64,000 bases of DNA, taken from assembly GCA_964493625.1 (NCBI GenBank), contig CAZBOU010000002.1, forward strand, positions 7,410 through 71,409. Direction: 5' to 3'. This document shows positions 55,757 through 64,000 of this stretch, one piece after another (within the stretch, counting starts at the first letter, position 1; the number at the start of each line of letters is the position of its first letter). The translations under genes and the position numbers were made by a program. Below the pieces are notes generated by a model. That model was not told where the DNA came from, ran no database searches, and saw only the letters and a list, made by a program, of their open reading frames with translations. This DNA comes from an uncultured Caldisericota bacterium (GTDB taxonomy: Bacteria > Caldisericota > Caldisericia > UBA6126).

Positions 55757-56182
55757 TTAATTGGATTTTTTTTCAGGGTCTTTGTTTTTTGCATTTTCAC
55801 TTTCTGGTAAAGCCTTAACACTTTGTCGTGCGTGCATCATGCTTTTTCCTTCAAAAAATGCATTCTCTTCAATAATCAGTTTATCGGCAGAAATCTCACC
55901 TACAACTTTGCCTGTATCATGTATTTCAAGTTTCTCGGAACAAACAATGTTGCCTTCAATCTCCCCCATTACGGTTAAATTGGTTACTTCAATATTGGCT
56001 TCTATAACCGAACCTTCGCCAATAATAATATCGGCGTCTCCTTTAATAAGACCCTTCACTTTTCCATCAATCCGAACATTTCCTTCTACGAAAAAACTTC
56101 CTTCAATGAAGGTGCCTTTTCCTAAAAACGAAGTAGAGGAAGAGCGACTGATTTTTTGATCTGACTTTGATCCAAATGCCAT
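55757..56182 (-). CDS. Bactofilin (polymer-forming cytoskeletal protein)
   Basis: 141 aa with beta-helix repeats (VRIDGKVKGLIKGDADIIIGEGSVIEANIEVTNLTVMGEIEGNIV...). AGGTGA SD. Confidence 0.88.
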   Translation of the reverse strand: MAFGSKSDQKISRSSSTSFLGKGTFIEGSFFVEGNVRIDGKVKGLIKGDADIIIGEGSVIEANIEVTNLTVMGEIEGNIVCSEKLEIHDTGKVVGEISADKLIIEENAFFEGKSMMHARQSVKALPESENAKNKDPEKKSN

Positions 56183-56196
56183 ATATCACCTACCTA

Positions 56197-57081
56197 TTAT
56201 GGTTCTACGGCTAAATTATTAACCAGCAGTTGATACCCTATAAAACTTTCCTGGGCAGTTGGATGGGTAGCAACCTTCGCTAATACCTGCCCTTTTTCTA
56301 CAATATCCCCCAAGCTTATGGCAAGATCGTTGCAAAACAAATACCGTGAAATAGTGGTATGCAGATCTTCATTCTTGTGGGTGATTTCAATCACATATGT
56401 AGAAATTGCAATTTCTTCAATTCTGGTTATTTCTCCGCCTGCAGTTGCCTTAATATAAGTACCCAATGGAGCAAGAATTTCTACACCAGGGGTGGAAATA
56501 TAGGTTCCTTGGCGGACTGGATATCCATTGATAGGAAGTCCTGTTGGAGTTTTGCGAACATTTTCTTGAATAACTTCTTGGCGTAACTGCGATGTCTCTA
56601 ATTGATCCTCGTGATCTCCAATAATGGGATAGGAATCAGCGATGCTAGAGGCAGGTTGTGCTTTCGATTGACTGTGGCGTACACTGAATAGAAAATCAGA
56701 AAATTCCTTATTGGAATAAGGAAGCTTTAAAGCATTGCATGCGTCTTTTTCTGTGGAAGAAGCTTTGGATAAAAATACATCGGAGGTGTTGATAAAGGCT
56801 TCGGTTTTAATAAGGGCTTTTTTCACTTTAATCTCTCGGGAAAGGTCTTCATCATCGGCATTCATAATGGTTTGGAAACGTTGATAAAAAGATGTTACTT
56901 GTGATTGGTAATACCAATACTTGTATCCAATGATGGCAAACATAGTGACGAAAGCAAATAAGCAAGTAAAAGCAATGATTCGTAAGGGTTTGGATAAAAG
57001 AATATGGAAAGTTCGAGAGTTATGAGAGGATACAATTAAAATTTTGTCAGGATTGCTGCTTCTATTGTTAGTGGGGGACAT
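56197..57081 (-). CDS. Degenerate LytM/M23-domain membrane protein (metal ligands missing)
   Basis: TM anchor IIAFTCLFAFVTMFAIIGY. The C-terminal M23 fold aligns to its neighbour, but TPGVE replaces HTGVD and FIGYQL replaces HVHYEV. Confidence 0.7.
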   Translation of the reverse strand: MSPTNNRSSNPDKILIVSSHNSRTFHILLSKPLRIIAFTCLFAFVTMFAIIGYKYWYYQSQVTSFYQRFQTIMNADDEDLSREIKVKKALIKTEAFINTSDVFLSKASSTEKDACNALKLPYSNKEFSDFLFSVRHSQSKAQPASSIADSYPIIGDHEDQLETSQLRQEVIQENVRKTPTGLPINGYPVRQGTYISTPGVEILAPLGTYIKATAGGEITRIEEIAISTYVIEITHKNEDLHTTISRYLFCNDLAISLGDIVEKGQVLAKVATHPTAQESFIGYQLLVNNLAVEP

Positions 57082-58021
57082 GCTTACTCACCAAACTATT
57101 AAATCTTTCTGGATCAATGGCTTCGGATCCATATCGCACTTCATAGTGTACATGAACACATGTTGCAGTACCGGTACTACCAGCTTTGGCAATAACTTGT
57201 CCGCGTTTTACATATTCGCCTTCGTGAACGAGATTCTTGGAGTTGTGAGCATAGAGGGTCGAAATACCATCTCTATGATAAACAATGACTGCATTGCCAT
57301 ATCCACCAAGATAATTGGACTTCATAACTCTTCCCGATGCAGTTGCAGTAACATCTTGCCCGTAATATCCAGAGATGTCAACTCCAGTATGCCAGTCGGG
57401 GATTCCCCAGACAGGATGGATACGATATCCATAGCCAGGGTCGATGGGGCCCTTTAATGGAAAGCCAAGGGGTGTTTTCTCCCACTGGAGTAAAAAATCT
57501 TCTGATGCAAGAGAAAGAACTTCATTGTTTGTTATTATCTGATCTAATTTTTCTTTTTGTTCAATCAGATTTTTTTCAATGGTTAAGGCTGTTTCCAAAT
57601 TAATAGAGGTCACGTTGTTAAAATATCCCGTATACCGGGTTATATCGGACATGTAGTCGTCAGGGTCTAAATTCATGGATGCTAGCTTTAAACTAGTGCG
57701 GTTTTTGGAATCTGTAGAAGCAATATGCCTCATTTTTTCCAAATTCTTTTCTTGGATTTCGTAAATGACCTTTAGCTCTTTTTCGATTGAATCAAGCTCT
57801 TCTTGTTGTAATTGTTCTGTTTCCTCTAAAGAAAGACCTGCTATTTTTACAAATTCTGTTTTGTAATAATTGTATCGGTGAACAAGTCGGAAAGATGCAA
57901 AAAGAAAAACAAGAAAAACAACGAGAGCTAAAAAAACCCATATAGAAGAAATAAAAAAACTCTTTGAATTTCCTCTGGTAGGCAAATAAATAAAATTAAA
58001 TCCACGTTTTTCTGTGTTCAT
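57068..58021 (-). CDS. M23 family metallopeptidase (intact active site), membrane anchored with coiled coil
   Basis: WHTGVDISG, LYAHNS and HVHYEV motifs. N-terminal TM segment and a heptad-rich linker. Confidence 0.88.
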   Translation of the reverse strand: MNTEKRGFNFIYLPTRGNSKSFFISSIWVFLALVVFLVFLFASFRLVHRYNYYKTEFVKIAGLSLEETEQLQQEELDSIEKELKVIYEIQEKNLEKMRHIASTDSKNRTSLKLASMNLDPDDYMSDITRYTGYFNNVTSINLETALTIEKNLIEQKEKLDQIITNNEVLSLASEDFLLQWEKTPLGFPLKGPIDPGYGYRIHPVWGIPDWHTGVDISGYYGQDVTATASGRVMKSNYLGGYGNAVIVYHRDGISTLYAHNSKNLVHEGEYVKRGQVIAKAGSTGTATCVHVHYEVRYGSEAIDPERFNSLVSKHVPH

Positions 58022-58094
58022 AGCACCAACATCATATAATAGTTTTACATTTTATTTTGACTATTTGGATACGTTTGTCAAGAAAATGAAAATG

Positions 58095-58125
58095 AAAAAG
58101 CCCCGGCAAGAACCGGGGCTTTTTG
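58095..58125. terminator. Rho-independent terminator after the ferredoxin gene (palindromic, A-run and T-run on both sides)
   Basis: AGCCCCGG (58099-58106) / CCGGGGCT (58113-58120), flanked by AAAAA and TTTTT. Confidence 0.8.
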
Positions 58126-58149
58126 TTTACGTAGTACGCTATTCCAATA

Positions 58150-58329
58150 CTATTCCAATACAATGCACTCAAGAGGGCATGAATCAACACATGCACCGCA
58201 ACTAGTACAATTCTCTGGATGTGTAAGTTCGCAAATATCATCAACCAACTCTAAAGCGTCGACAGGACATCCATCAATACAAACACCACAACCCGTGCAG
58301 CAATCAGCATCAATTTTAGGTAAAGCCAT
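58150..58329 (-). CDS. 2x[4Fe-4S] ferredoxin (59 aa; below the ORF-track cutoff)
   Basis: Hand translation: MALPKIDADCCTGCGVCIDGCPVDALELVDDICELTHPENCTSCGACVDSCPLECIVLE. It has two CxxCxxCxxxCP motifs and a GGAGGA SD at 58335-58340. Confidence 0.9.
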   Translation of the reverse strand: MALPKIDADCCTGCGVCIDGCPVDALELVDDICELTHPENCTSCGACVDSCPLECIVLE

Positions 58330-58357
58330 TGAATCCTCCTATAAGAATTTTTTATGC

Positions 58358-58386
58358 ATTATATACATCATTTCTCAAAAATACAA
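58358..58386 (-). promoter_or_regulatory. Candidate promoter of the ferredoxin gene
   Basis: On the minus strand: TTGTAT (58386-58381), 17 bp spacer, TATAAT (58363-58358). Confidence 0.5.
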
Positions 58387-58396
58387 GATTGGAATC

Positions 58397-59527
58397 TTAC
58401 AGATCTTGTTTCGTAAACTCATGCCAATAGGTCTCTTGAAAAATCAAAGATTGGTTCTGTATGCGCACAATGTCAATTGGTTTTAATGCCAATCCACTTG
58501 CATCAAAACCTTTGAGCCCAGTAAAGAAATGAATGTCGGAAAGGTCTGCCTTACGAAGCTCTTTGTAAATCTGAGCCAATGAATTCTGCTTAGAAACAGA
58601 AGCTGCATGATTGATTAAGGTCATTTCATCAGCGCCTAGTGCAGCATAATAATCGGGTGGTTGACCAAATGTTTTCAGGTAAGTCTGAAAGAATGAAGAG
58701 GAAGTAAAGTCAGGTTTTTCAGTGAAAAAAGGAACTAGAAAAAACGTGTCTTCCCAAAAATTATTTTCTAGAACCTCCTCTATTGGTAAAGTAGGCATAA
58801 TAATAGGCGCAAAAATGGAAAAGTCTTTTCTTGCGGTTGCAATCATTGTCTGATACATGGACGGTTTTGTTATAAGAAAGATAGCATCTACATTAGACTG
58901 TGAAATGGTAGCAAACACTTTGTTAGGATCCACCGTATTCTCATTTAAAAAACTGATTTCCATAATGGTAGCATCTATGTTGTTTCCTTCTTGTGTGAAA
59001 CCTTCTTTCAAAGATCGTAATCGTTGACTAGACTGATCAACCACAATGCAAATTCGCTGTTTTTTCATTTCAGTTACCACATATCGAGCGCTCAGTTTTC
59101 CTTGATATAGAGGATTTTGGTTTACCAAAAGAGTGGTTTTGACTTCATCTACAATACTGTGCTGATAAGAATTACATACAAAGGTTCTATCCCATGCATC
59201 GGCTACAAATTTAGCAACCTGAGCGCATTCAGCTGAAGGGGTTCCCATCATGATTCCCTGCGGATGTTCTTGGAAAAAATCCCGGAATGCGTTGGCTGCA
59301 TCCTCTGGATCTCTTCTTGTGTCATAGTAAACAAATCGGAATTGTCGGTTCATTTCAAGCTGATTCGACTGAAGTTTTCTTCCGTTGGTTAGCGATGTAT
59401 AAACATCTGATGCTTGAGAAGACTGATCTTCGGCAAATCCTATATAGTAAAGGTCTCGATTCGAGCAGCCTGTCAGAAGGGAAAAAATGACAATGCAAAG
59501 GAAAATCTTATGAATCGCAAATTTCAT
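58397..59527 (-). CDS. Putative LivJ/Peripla_BP_6-type substrate-binding lipoprotein
   Basis: Lipoprotein signal MKFAIHKIFLCIVIFSLLTGC. The pattern resembles type-I periplasmic binding proteins. A start at 59527 gives a TAATG junction with the upstream gene; the track start is 59542. Confidence 0.5.
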   Translation of the reverse strand: MKFAIHKIFLCIVIFSLLTGCSNRDLYYIGFAEDQSSQASDVYTSLTNGRKLQSNQLEMNRQFRFVYYDTRRDPEDAANAFRDFFQEHPQGIMMGTPSAECAQVAKFVADAWDRTFVCNSYQHSIVDEVKTTLLVNQNPLYQGKLSARYVVTEMKKQRICIVVDQSSQRLRSLKEGFTQEGNNIDATIMEISFLNENTVDPNKVFATISQSNVDAIFLITKPSMYQTMIATARKDFSIFAPIIMPTLPIEEVLENNFWEDTFFLVPFFTEKPDFTSSSFFQTYLKTFGQPPDYYAALGADEMTLINHAASVSKQNSLAQIYKELRKADLSDIHFFTGLKGFDASGLALKPIDIVRIQNQSLIFQETYWHEFTKQDL

Positions 59528-61185
59528 TAGTTTTGCACCCATTCCGTAATGGGGGTATCGAAATAACGACCAATAAAGTTTTCAACTCTTGGTAGCGGCT
59601 TTAGGTCGCTATAATCATATCCCTGTCGATGCATTATCAAAACTCGATAATTGGCTGCATTGGTGTATTGGTCCAGGAGCATGTCACTAAACGTCTGCAT
59701 GTAAAGCATCATATCATTGTTATCTACATGAAAAGAGGTGTGAAGTTCAATACTTTCAACCATCGAATGAAGAAGCGAGTAAAAATTCCCCGATGCTCCA
59801 CCTGTATCTGCTCCGTAGGATTGAACATGTGATATGTATTCATCATAATGATCAAACACGTTGTTAAGGCCGTCTTCTAGTGTATCAAGAGAAGTTGTAA
59901 TAGATTGATAGAAATTGTCTTCGGTTGAAAAAACGTCTTCCAAAGAAACTTCTTGAAAGAATTCATGTTGATCGCTTTCAACCCCTAAATCGTAGCCCAT
60001 TGAAGTAGCCAATGCAAGAGTATCAGGATTGTTTTCTATAGAGAGCTGACGCAATGGAAGGAGCACTGGTAAAGCTTCCTCGTAAAACTGAGAGGGTACA
60101 TTCATTTCTAGAGAATCAATGGAACGTAGCTCAATAAAAAGGTTTTGATAAAGGAGCTCAAGTTCATCCCATTTCTCTTTCATGTATTGCTTCCTTAAGC
60201 CATATGCATGTCCTGGGGTGGGGTTTTCGTAATCATCCATCTCTTGAATAATGTCTTGCCCTTGTATATTTGCTTCGTACATAAGAGTTTCGTAGGACTC
60301 CAGCCACAATTCAGGATACAAAATATCGGAGGGCAGCTGGAGAGACCCGATAGACATCATGGCTACTTTTCCCATCTTATCAAAGCGTTGAAAAAGTCCA
60401 TCCCCTACCAATAAATCGGGGACATTTACCGTTTGCATAACAAAAAACGAATTTCGCATGTGAACTTGCTCTATACCTTTTTGCATAGAAAAAAAACTAG
60501 CAGTAGTTCCCGCCACTTGATCGGTATAGTATTGCATTGTAGGGATATCTGATGATTCAATGGGGGACTGTTTTAAAAGACACGAACTAGGAATGTAGAT
60601 GGAATCAATATTTTGCCATGGTTGGGTACTGTTTTCCACATTTAAATCCAGGATCTGCTTGTACAGAATCATCTTTTCTAGTTCCACAAAGCAAAGTAGT
60701 TCTTCGTCTAAAGAATCAGGAAACCCAGATACTTCTACATTTAAAAAGGCAGAATCCTGATATTCAATGCTAGGTGGTATATCCAATACATCCTCAGCAA
60801 GGCTTACATAGTTTGCAATCGGTACCTCCGAATAGGCACTAAACCAATTCGCCAAATCACTGTAGTTAGATACATAGCTAGTTAACTTGTCAGCTGCCAA
60901 TTTATAGTTTTGCAGCATGACTCCCGTATGATAGATCATTCTTGCATATCTAGAGGCCTGATCCGAATTGACATGAAAAAGAATTGGCTGGGCATTTCTT
61001 TCTACCGTCTGTGCGGCTAAAATACCTTGATCAACCGTATTTCTTAGTTTGGTTTTAAACATGATAACTTTCCCGATATCAATTAACCCAATCCCCACCA
61101 CAACAAGAAATAGAATAAACACAGCGTACAAAATAATCACTTGTCCAACTTCTGAAGCAGCTACATCCTTTTTCAGTTGTTTCAT
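59527..61185 (-). CDS. TadG-like (Tad/TadE-G N-terminal domain) large pilus-associated protein
   Basis: The N-terminus, VGQVIILYAVFILFLVVVGIGLIDIGKVIMFKTKLRNTVDQGILAA, fits the TadE/G-like helix. The remaining ~480 aa are unrecognised. ATG 61185 with a GGGAGA SD is preferred over TTG 61227. Confidence 0.55.
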   Translation of the reverse strand: MKQLKKDVAASEVGQVIILYAVFILFLVVVGIGLIDIGKVIMFKTKLRNTVDQGILAAQTVERNAQPILFHVNSDQASRYARMIYHTGVMLQNYKLAADKLTSYVSNYSDLANWFSAYSEVPIANYVSLAEDVLDIPPSIEYQDSAFLNVEVSGFPDSLDEELLCFVELEKMILYKQILDLNVENSTQPWQNIDSIYIPSSCLLKQSPIESSDIPTMQYYTDQVAGTTASFFSMQKGIEQVHMRNSFFVMQTVNVPDLLVGDGLFQRFDKMGKVAMMSIGSLQLPSDILYPELWLESYETLMYEANIQGQDIIQEMDDYENPTPGHAYGLRKQYMKEKWDELELLYQNLFIELRSIDSLEMNVPSQFYEEALPVLLPLRQLSIENNPDTLALATSMGYDLGVESDQHEFFQEVSLEDVFSTEDNFYQSITTSLDTLEDGLNNVFDHYDEYISHVQSYGADTGGASGNFYSLLHSMVESIELHTSFHVDNNDMMLYMQTFSDMLLDQYTNAANYRVLIMHRQGYDYSDLKPLPRVENFIGRYFDTPITEWVQN

Positions 61186-61235
61186 GATTCTCCCTACAAA
61201 ATAAAAAATAGATAAAAGAATAGACAAAACTACGG

Positions 61236-61263
61236 TTGTTTAATATCCTTCAAATATTATAAT
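61236..61263 (+). promoter_or_regulatory. Candidate promoter of the transketolase-N/gcvT operon
   Basis: TTGTTT (61236-61241), 16 bp spacer, TATAAT (61258-61263), 45 nt before the ATG. Confidence 0.45.
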
Positions 61264-61308
61264 TCAAAACTGTACGCATATTATATACTATAACGAGGTA
61301 GAATAAAT

Positions 61309-62223
61309 ATGAAAAGACGGGAATTGGGCCTACATTATTTGCAAGAAAATCCGTATCACGTAAAAACTTTTGATCAGTATCCTGTCTCTTTGACTCGAGA
61401 GGATATTTTTCATTTTTGCCAACAGATAAGGCGTGATATTGTATTGTCGACCTTTTCTGCTGGCTCAGGACACCCTGGTGGTTCTCTTTCTGCAACCGAC
61501 ATGATGGGGGTTCTGTGGACATCCTTTCTCAACCATAAGCCTGCTCTTCCTTCCTGGGAAGATCGAGACTACATGATCTATTCAAAGGGGCATGTAAGTC
61601 CTCTTATCTATTCTCTTTATGCAGAAACTGGATACTTTGACCGTACACTCCTTGCTTCTTTTCGAGAATTTGGATCTCCTTTGCAAGGTCACCCGGCAAA
61701 AAGTAAGCTGGATTGCGTGGAAGTTTCCACGGGTTCGTTAGGACAGGGCTTATCCGTTGCTGCTGGCATTGCTATGGGGCTGAAGCAAGACCATAAACCG
61801 AATCACGTCTTTGCGCTTTGTGGGGATGGTGAATCACAAGAAGGTCAAATTTGGGAAGCCATTATGAGCGCTGCCCATTACCACCTAGACAACCTGACAC
61901 TCTTTTTCGACTACAACAATCTAGAAATTGACGGCTGGGTGGAAGATGTTATGGGTATAGCCCCCATTAAAGACAAATTTGAAGCATTCAATTGGCACAC
62001 CATTGTTATTGATGGACACAATACTGACGACATTTCAAAAGCCATCCAAACCTCACTAGAAAACAAGAATCGGCCTACCGTCATCATTGGCAAAACCATC
62101 AAAGGCAAAGGAGTTTCTTTCATGGAAAACGAGGCTGACTGGCATGGTAAAGCCCCAAATGAAGAGCAACTCAACATTGCTTTGCAAGATATTAATAGAG
62201 AGGTTGACGAATGGACACACTAA
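61309..62223 (+). CDS. Transketolase, N-terminal (TPP-binding) subunit
   Basis: GSGHPGGSLSATDMMGVLW, GDGESQEGQIWEA, 304 aa. Confidence 0.9.
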   Translation: MKRRELGLHYLQENPYHVKTFDQYPVSLTREDIFHFCQQIRRDIVLSTFSAGSGHPGGSLSATDMMGVLWTSFLNHKPALPSWEDRDYMIYSKGHVSPLIYSLYAETGYFDRTLLASFREFGSPLQGHPAKSKLDCVEVSTGSLGQGLSVAAGIAMGLKQDHKPNHVFALCGDGESQEGQIWEAIMSAAHYHLDNLTLFFDYNNLEIDGWVEDVMGIAPIKDKFEAFNWHTIVIDGHNTDDISKAIQTSLENKNRPTVIIGKTIKGKGVSFMENEADWHGKAPNEEQLNIALQDINREVDEWTH

Positions 62224-63314
62224 AGAGAACTCCTTTGTATGAGGAGCATGTTAAGTTAGGAGCCAACATGGTTCCTTTTGTTGGATTTGAAATGCCTATT
62301 GTGTATACATCCATGATTGAAGAACACATGGCTGTTCGAGACCATGCTGGTATCTTTGACGTATCACATATGGGAGAGATTACCATTGAGGGTAAAGATG
62401 CCTTGCCCTTCACAGACTATTTAATTACAAACAAGTTAAGTACCGCCAAGGCAGGTGACATTAAATACTCTGCAATGCTCTATGAAGATGGTGGAGAAGT
62501 TGACGATTTACTTGCTTACAAAATAAACGACGAAAAAGCATTGTTAGTTGTCAATGCATCCAATATCGAAAAAGACGTTGCTCATATTCTGGCAATTAAA
62601 GAATCTAGACCTGATCTGGATTGTACTATCCAGAATACTTCTGACCAATGGGGACAAATTGCTTTGCAGGGACCGAAGGCAGCTTCCATTTTACAACAAG
62701 TTACACCGACCGATTTAGAGACAATGAAGAAGTTCACATTTCAAGAAATTTCTGTAGGGGGTATCCAAACACTAACCTCTAGAACTGGTTATACTGGCGA
62801 AGATGGATTCGAAATACTAGCGCCAAAGGACTCTACTTCCACCCTATGGAAACTATTGATGCAAACGGGCGAAAAAGATGGAATGCTTCCTTGCGGATTA
62901 GGAGCAAGAGACACGCTCCGCTTTGAATCCTGTCTTTGGCTTTATGGAAATGATATCGATCATACAACAAACCCCATTGAAGCTGGTCAAGGTTTTGCTG
63001 TCAAGCTAGACAAGGATTTTGTTGGAAAAAAGGCTTGTCAAGAAGCAAAAGAAAAAGGTCCTAAGCGAAAACTTACTGCCTTTGAAGTGAATAGTAAAAT
63101 GATACCCCGCCATGGCTATTCAATCTACCACGAAGGCAAAGAGATTGGACGAGTGACATCGGGGAGTTACTGTCCAAAAATTGATAAAGTGTGTGCAATG
63201 GGCTACATACCTGCAGATCTTTCGGTTGTTGATAATAGTGTTCAAATTAAGATCAGAAATAAAGAAGCCCCTGCAACTGTTGTAAAAAAACCATTTTATA
63301 AAAACAATAGATGA
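62211..63314 (+). CDS. gcvT: Glycine cleavage system aminomethyltransferase T
   Basis: TPLYEEHVKLGANMVPFVGFEMPIVY, EHMAVRDHAGIFDVSHMGE, GYTGEDGFEI. 13-nt overlap with the upstream gene. Confidence 0.93.
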   Translation: MDTLKRTPLYEEHVKLGANMVPFVGFEMPIVYTSMIEEHMAVRDHAGIFDVSHMGEITIEGKDALPFTDYLITNKLSTAKAGDIKYSAMLYEDGGEVDDLLAYKINDEKALLVVNASNIEKDVAHILAIKESRPDLDCTIQNTSDQWGQIALQGPKAASILQQVTPTDLETMKKFTFQEISVGGIQTLTSRTGYTGEDGFEILAPKDSTSTLWKLLMQTGEKDGMLPCGLGARDTLRFESCLWLYGNDIDHTTNPIEAGQGFAVKLDKDFVGKKACQEAKEKGPKRKLTAFEVNSKMIPRHGYSIYHEGKEIGRVTSGSYCPKIDKVCAMGYIPADLSVVDNSVQIKIRNKEAPATVVKKPFYKNNR

Positions 63315-63341
63315 TGTAGTTCATTTACAAAGGAGTTGGAG

Positions 63342-64000
63342 ATGCAAATTTCGAATCGTGCAAAACATGCAAAAGCCGAAGGGGCTTTTGAAGTCTTGGC
63401 AAAGGCACAGCGTATTGAAAGAGAGACAGGCGTGAAAGTTGTACACATGGAGATAGGAGAACCTGATTTTCCTACCCCAAAAGGGATTATTGAAACATGT
63501 AAAACAGCTCTTGATGAGGGCAAAACTCACTATACCCCGGCAGGTGGTATTCCAGAGTTTCGCACTGCCGTTGCAAAACACCTTAGCAAAACAAGGAACA
63601 TCAATGTAGATCCTGAAAATGTCCTTGTTGCATCGGGTGGAAAACTACTGATTTACACAACCTGCGTTACCTTTTTGGAGCCAGGAGATGAATGCATTGT
63701 TCCCGACCCAGGATACCCTCCATACCAATCGGCCGTCAATCTAGCCGGCGGAATACCCATTCCATTACCACTCACAGAAGAAAATGGATACCAGGTTACA
63801 GCGGAAGAATTGGAAAAAAGGATTACTCCAAAAACGAAATTAATTATCATCAATACTCCACAAAATCCCACCGGCGGAGTGTTGTCCAAACAAGAACTAG
63901 AAAAAATTGCAGATGTAGTCAAAAAAAGCAATGCTATTGTATTTTCCGACGAAATATACTCGGATTTGATTTACTCTGAAGAAGACCAACATTTTTCTAT
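63342..64000 (+). CDS. Class I/II (aspartate-type) aminotransferase, N-terminal part; runs off window end
   Basis: AGGAG SD. Hand translation: MQISNRAKHAKAEGAFEVL...MEIGEPDFPTP...IINTPQNPTGGV...FSDEIYSDLIY. No stop within the window. Confidence 0.88.
   Translation, partial: MQISNRAKHAKAEGAFEVLAKAQRIERETGVKVVHMEIGEPDFPTPKGIIETCKTALDEGKTHYTPAGGIPEFRTAVAKHLSKTRNINVDPENVLVASGGKLLIYTTCVTFLEPGDECIVPDPGYPPYQSAVNLAGGIPIPLPLTEENGYQVTAEELEKRITPKTKLIIINTPQNPTGGVLSKQELEKIADVVKKSNAIVFSDEIYSDLIYSEEDQHFS

Noticed and set aside
55761-56159. 132-aa plus-strand ORF covering the bactofilin gene.
   Set aside because: It is the antisense shadow of a repeat-rich beta-helix gene. The minus-strand product has the bactofilin repeat pattern and a good SD, and the plus-strand one has neither.
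62180-62230. Glycine riboswitch or leader ahead of gcvT.
   Set aside because: gcvT overlaps the upstream transketolase-N gene by 13 nt, so there is no untranslated leader.

Overview
This is a very compact (roughly 97% coding by my gene calls), AT-rich bacterial chromosomal segment. All calls rest on motif recognition by eye; no HMM or BLAST search was possible. Most starts have strong GGAGG-type Shine-Dalgarno sites, and many neighbouring genes are coupled by ATGA or TAATG overlaps.

Housekeeping genes:
- hup, pckA, recO, guaA, two trkA genes, three tandem M42 peptidases
- K+-dependent-type membrane pyrophosphatase, a divergent pfk, ligA
- split transketolase halves, gcvT, an aminotransferase
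- tRNA-Thr(CGU), tRNA-Val(CAC), and a 59-aa 2x[4Fe-4S] ferredoxin missing from the ORF track

These are interleaved with a large cell-envelope and surface complement.

I found no CRISPR array, transposase, integrase, prophage or recognisable defence system.

Candidates for undescribed biology:
1. **Kinase-headed tad operon.** A secretin-less tad/flp pilus operon sits only 20 nt downstream of the two tRNA genes. Its first gene is a membrane Ser/Thr kinase plus pseudokinase with a copper-amine-oxidase-N-like ectodomain. It also contains a TadC with a ~290-aa Ig-like tail and ends in an in-frame DUF192-Flp prepilin fusion.
2. **Giant surface proteins.** Two tandem paralogous secreted proteins (3276 aa, and at least 773 aa running off the window) have no family I recognise over most of their length. 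They lie downstream of a double beta-propeller protein.
3. **Shared C-terminal module.** The same copper-amine-oxidase-N-like C-terminal module occurs on four otherwise unrelated exported proteins, including the kinase.
4. **Cell-shape module.** An active M23 peptidase, a degenerate M23 and a bactofilin form a csd1-csd2-ccmA-like cell-shape module, extended by a secreted beta-propeller protein.

The absent secretin, the CuAO-N-like domains and the strong SD sites suggest a monoderm or Firmicutes-like, or uncultured, lineage. I cannot assign taxonomy.
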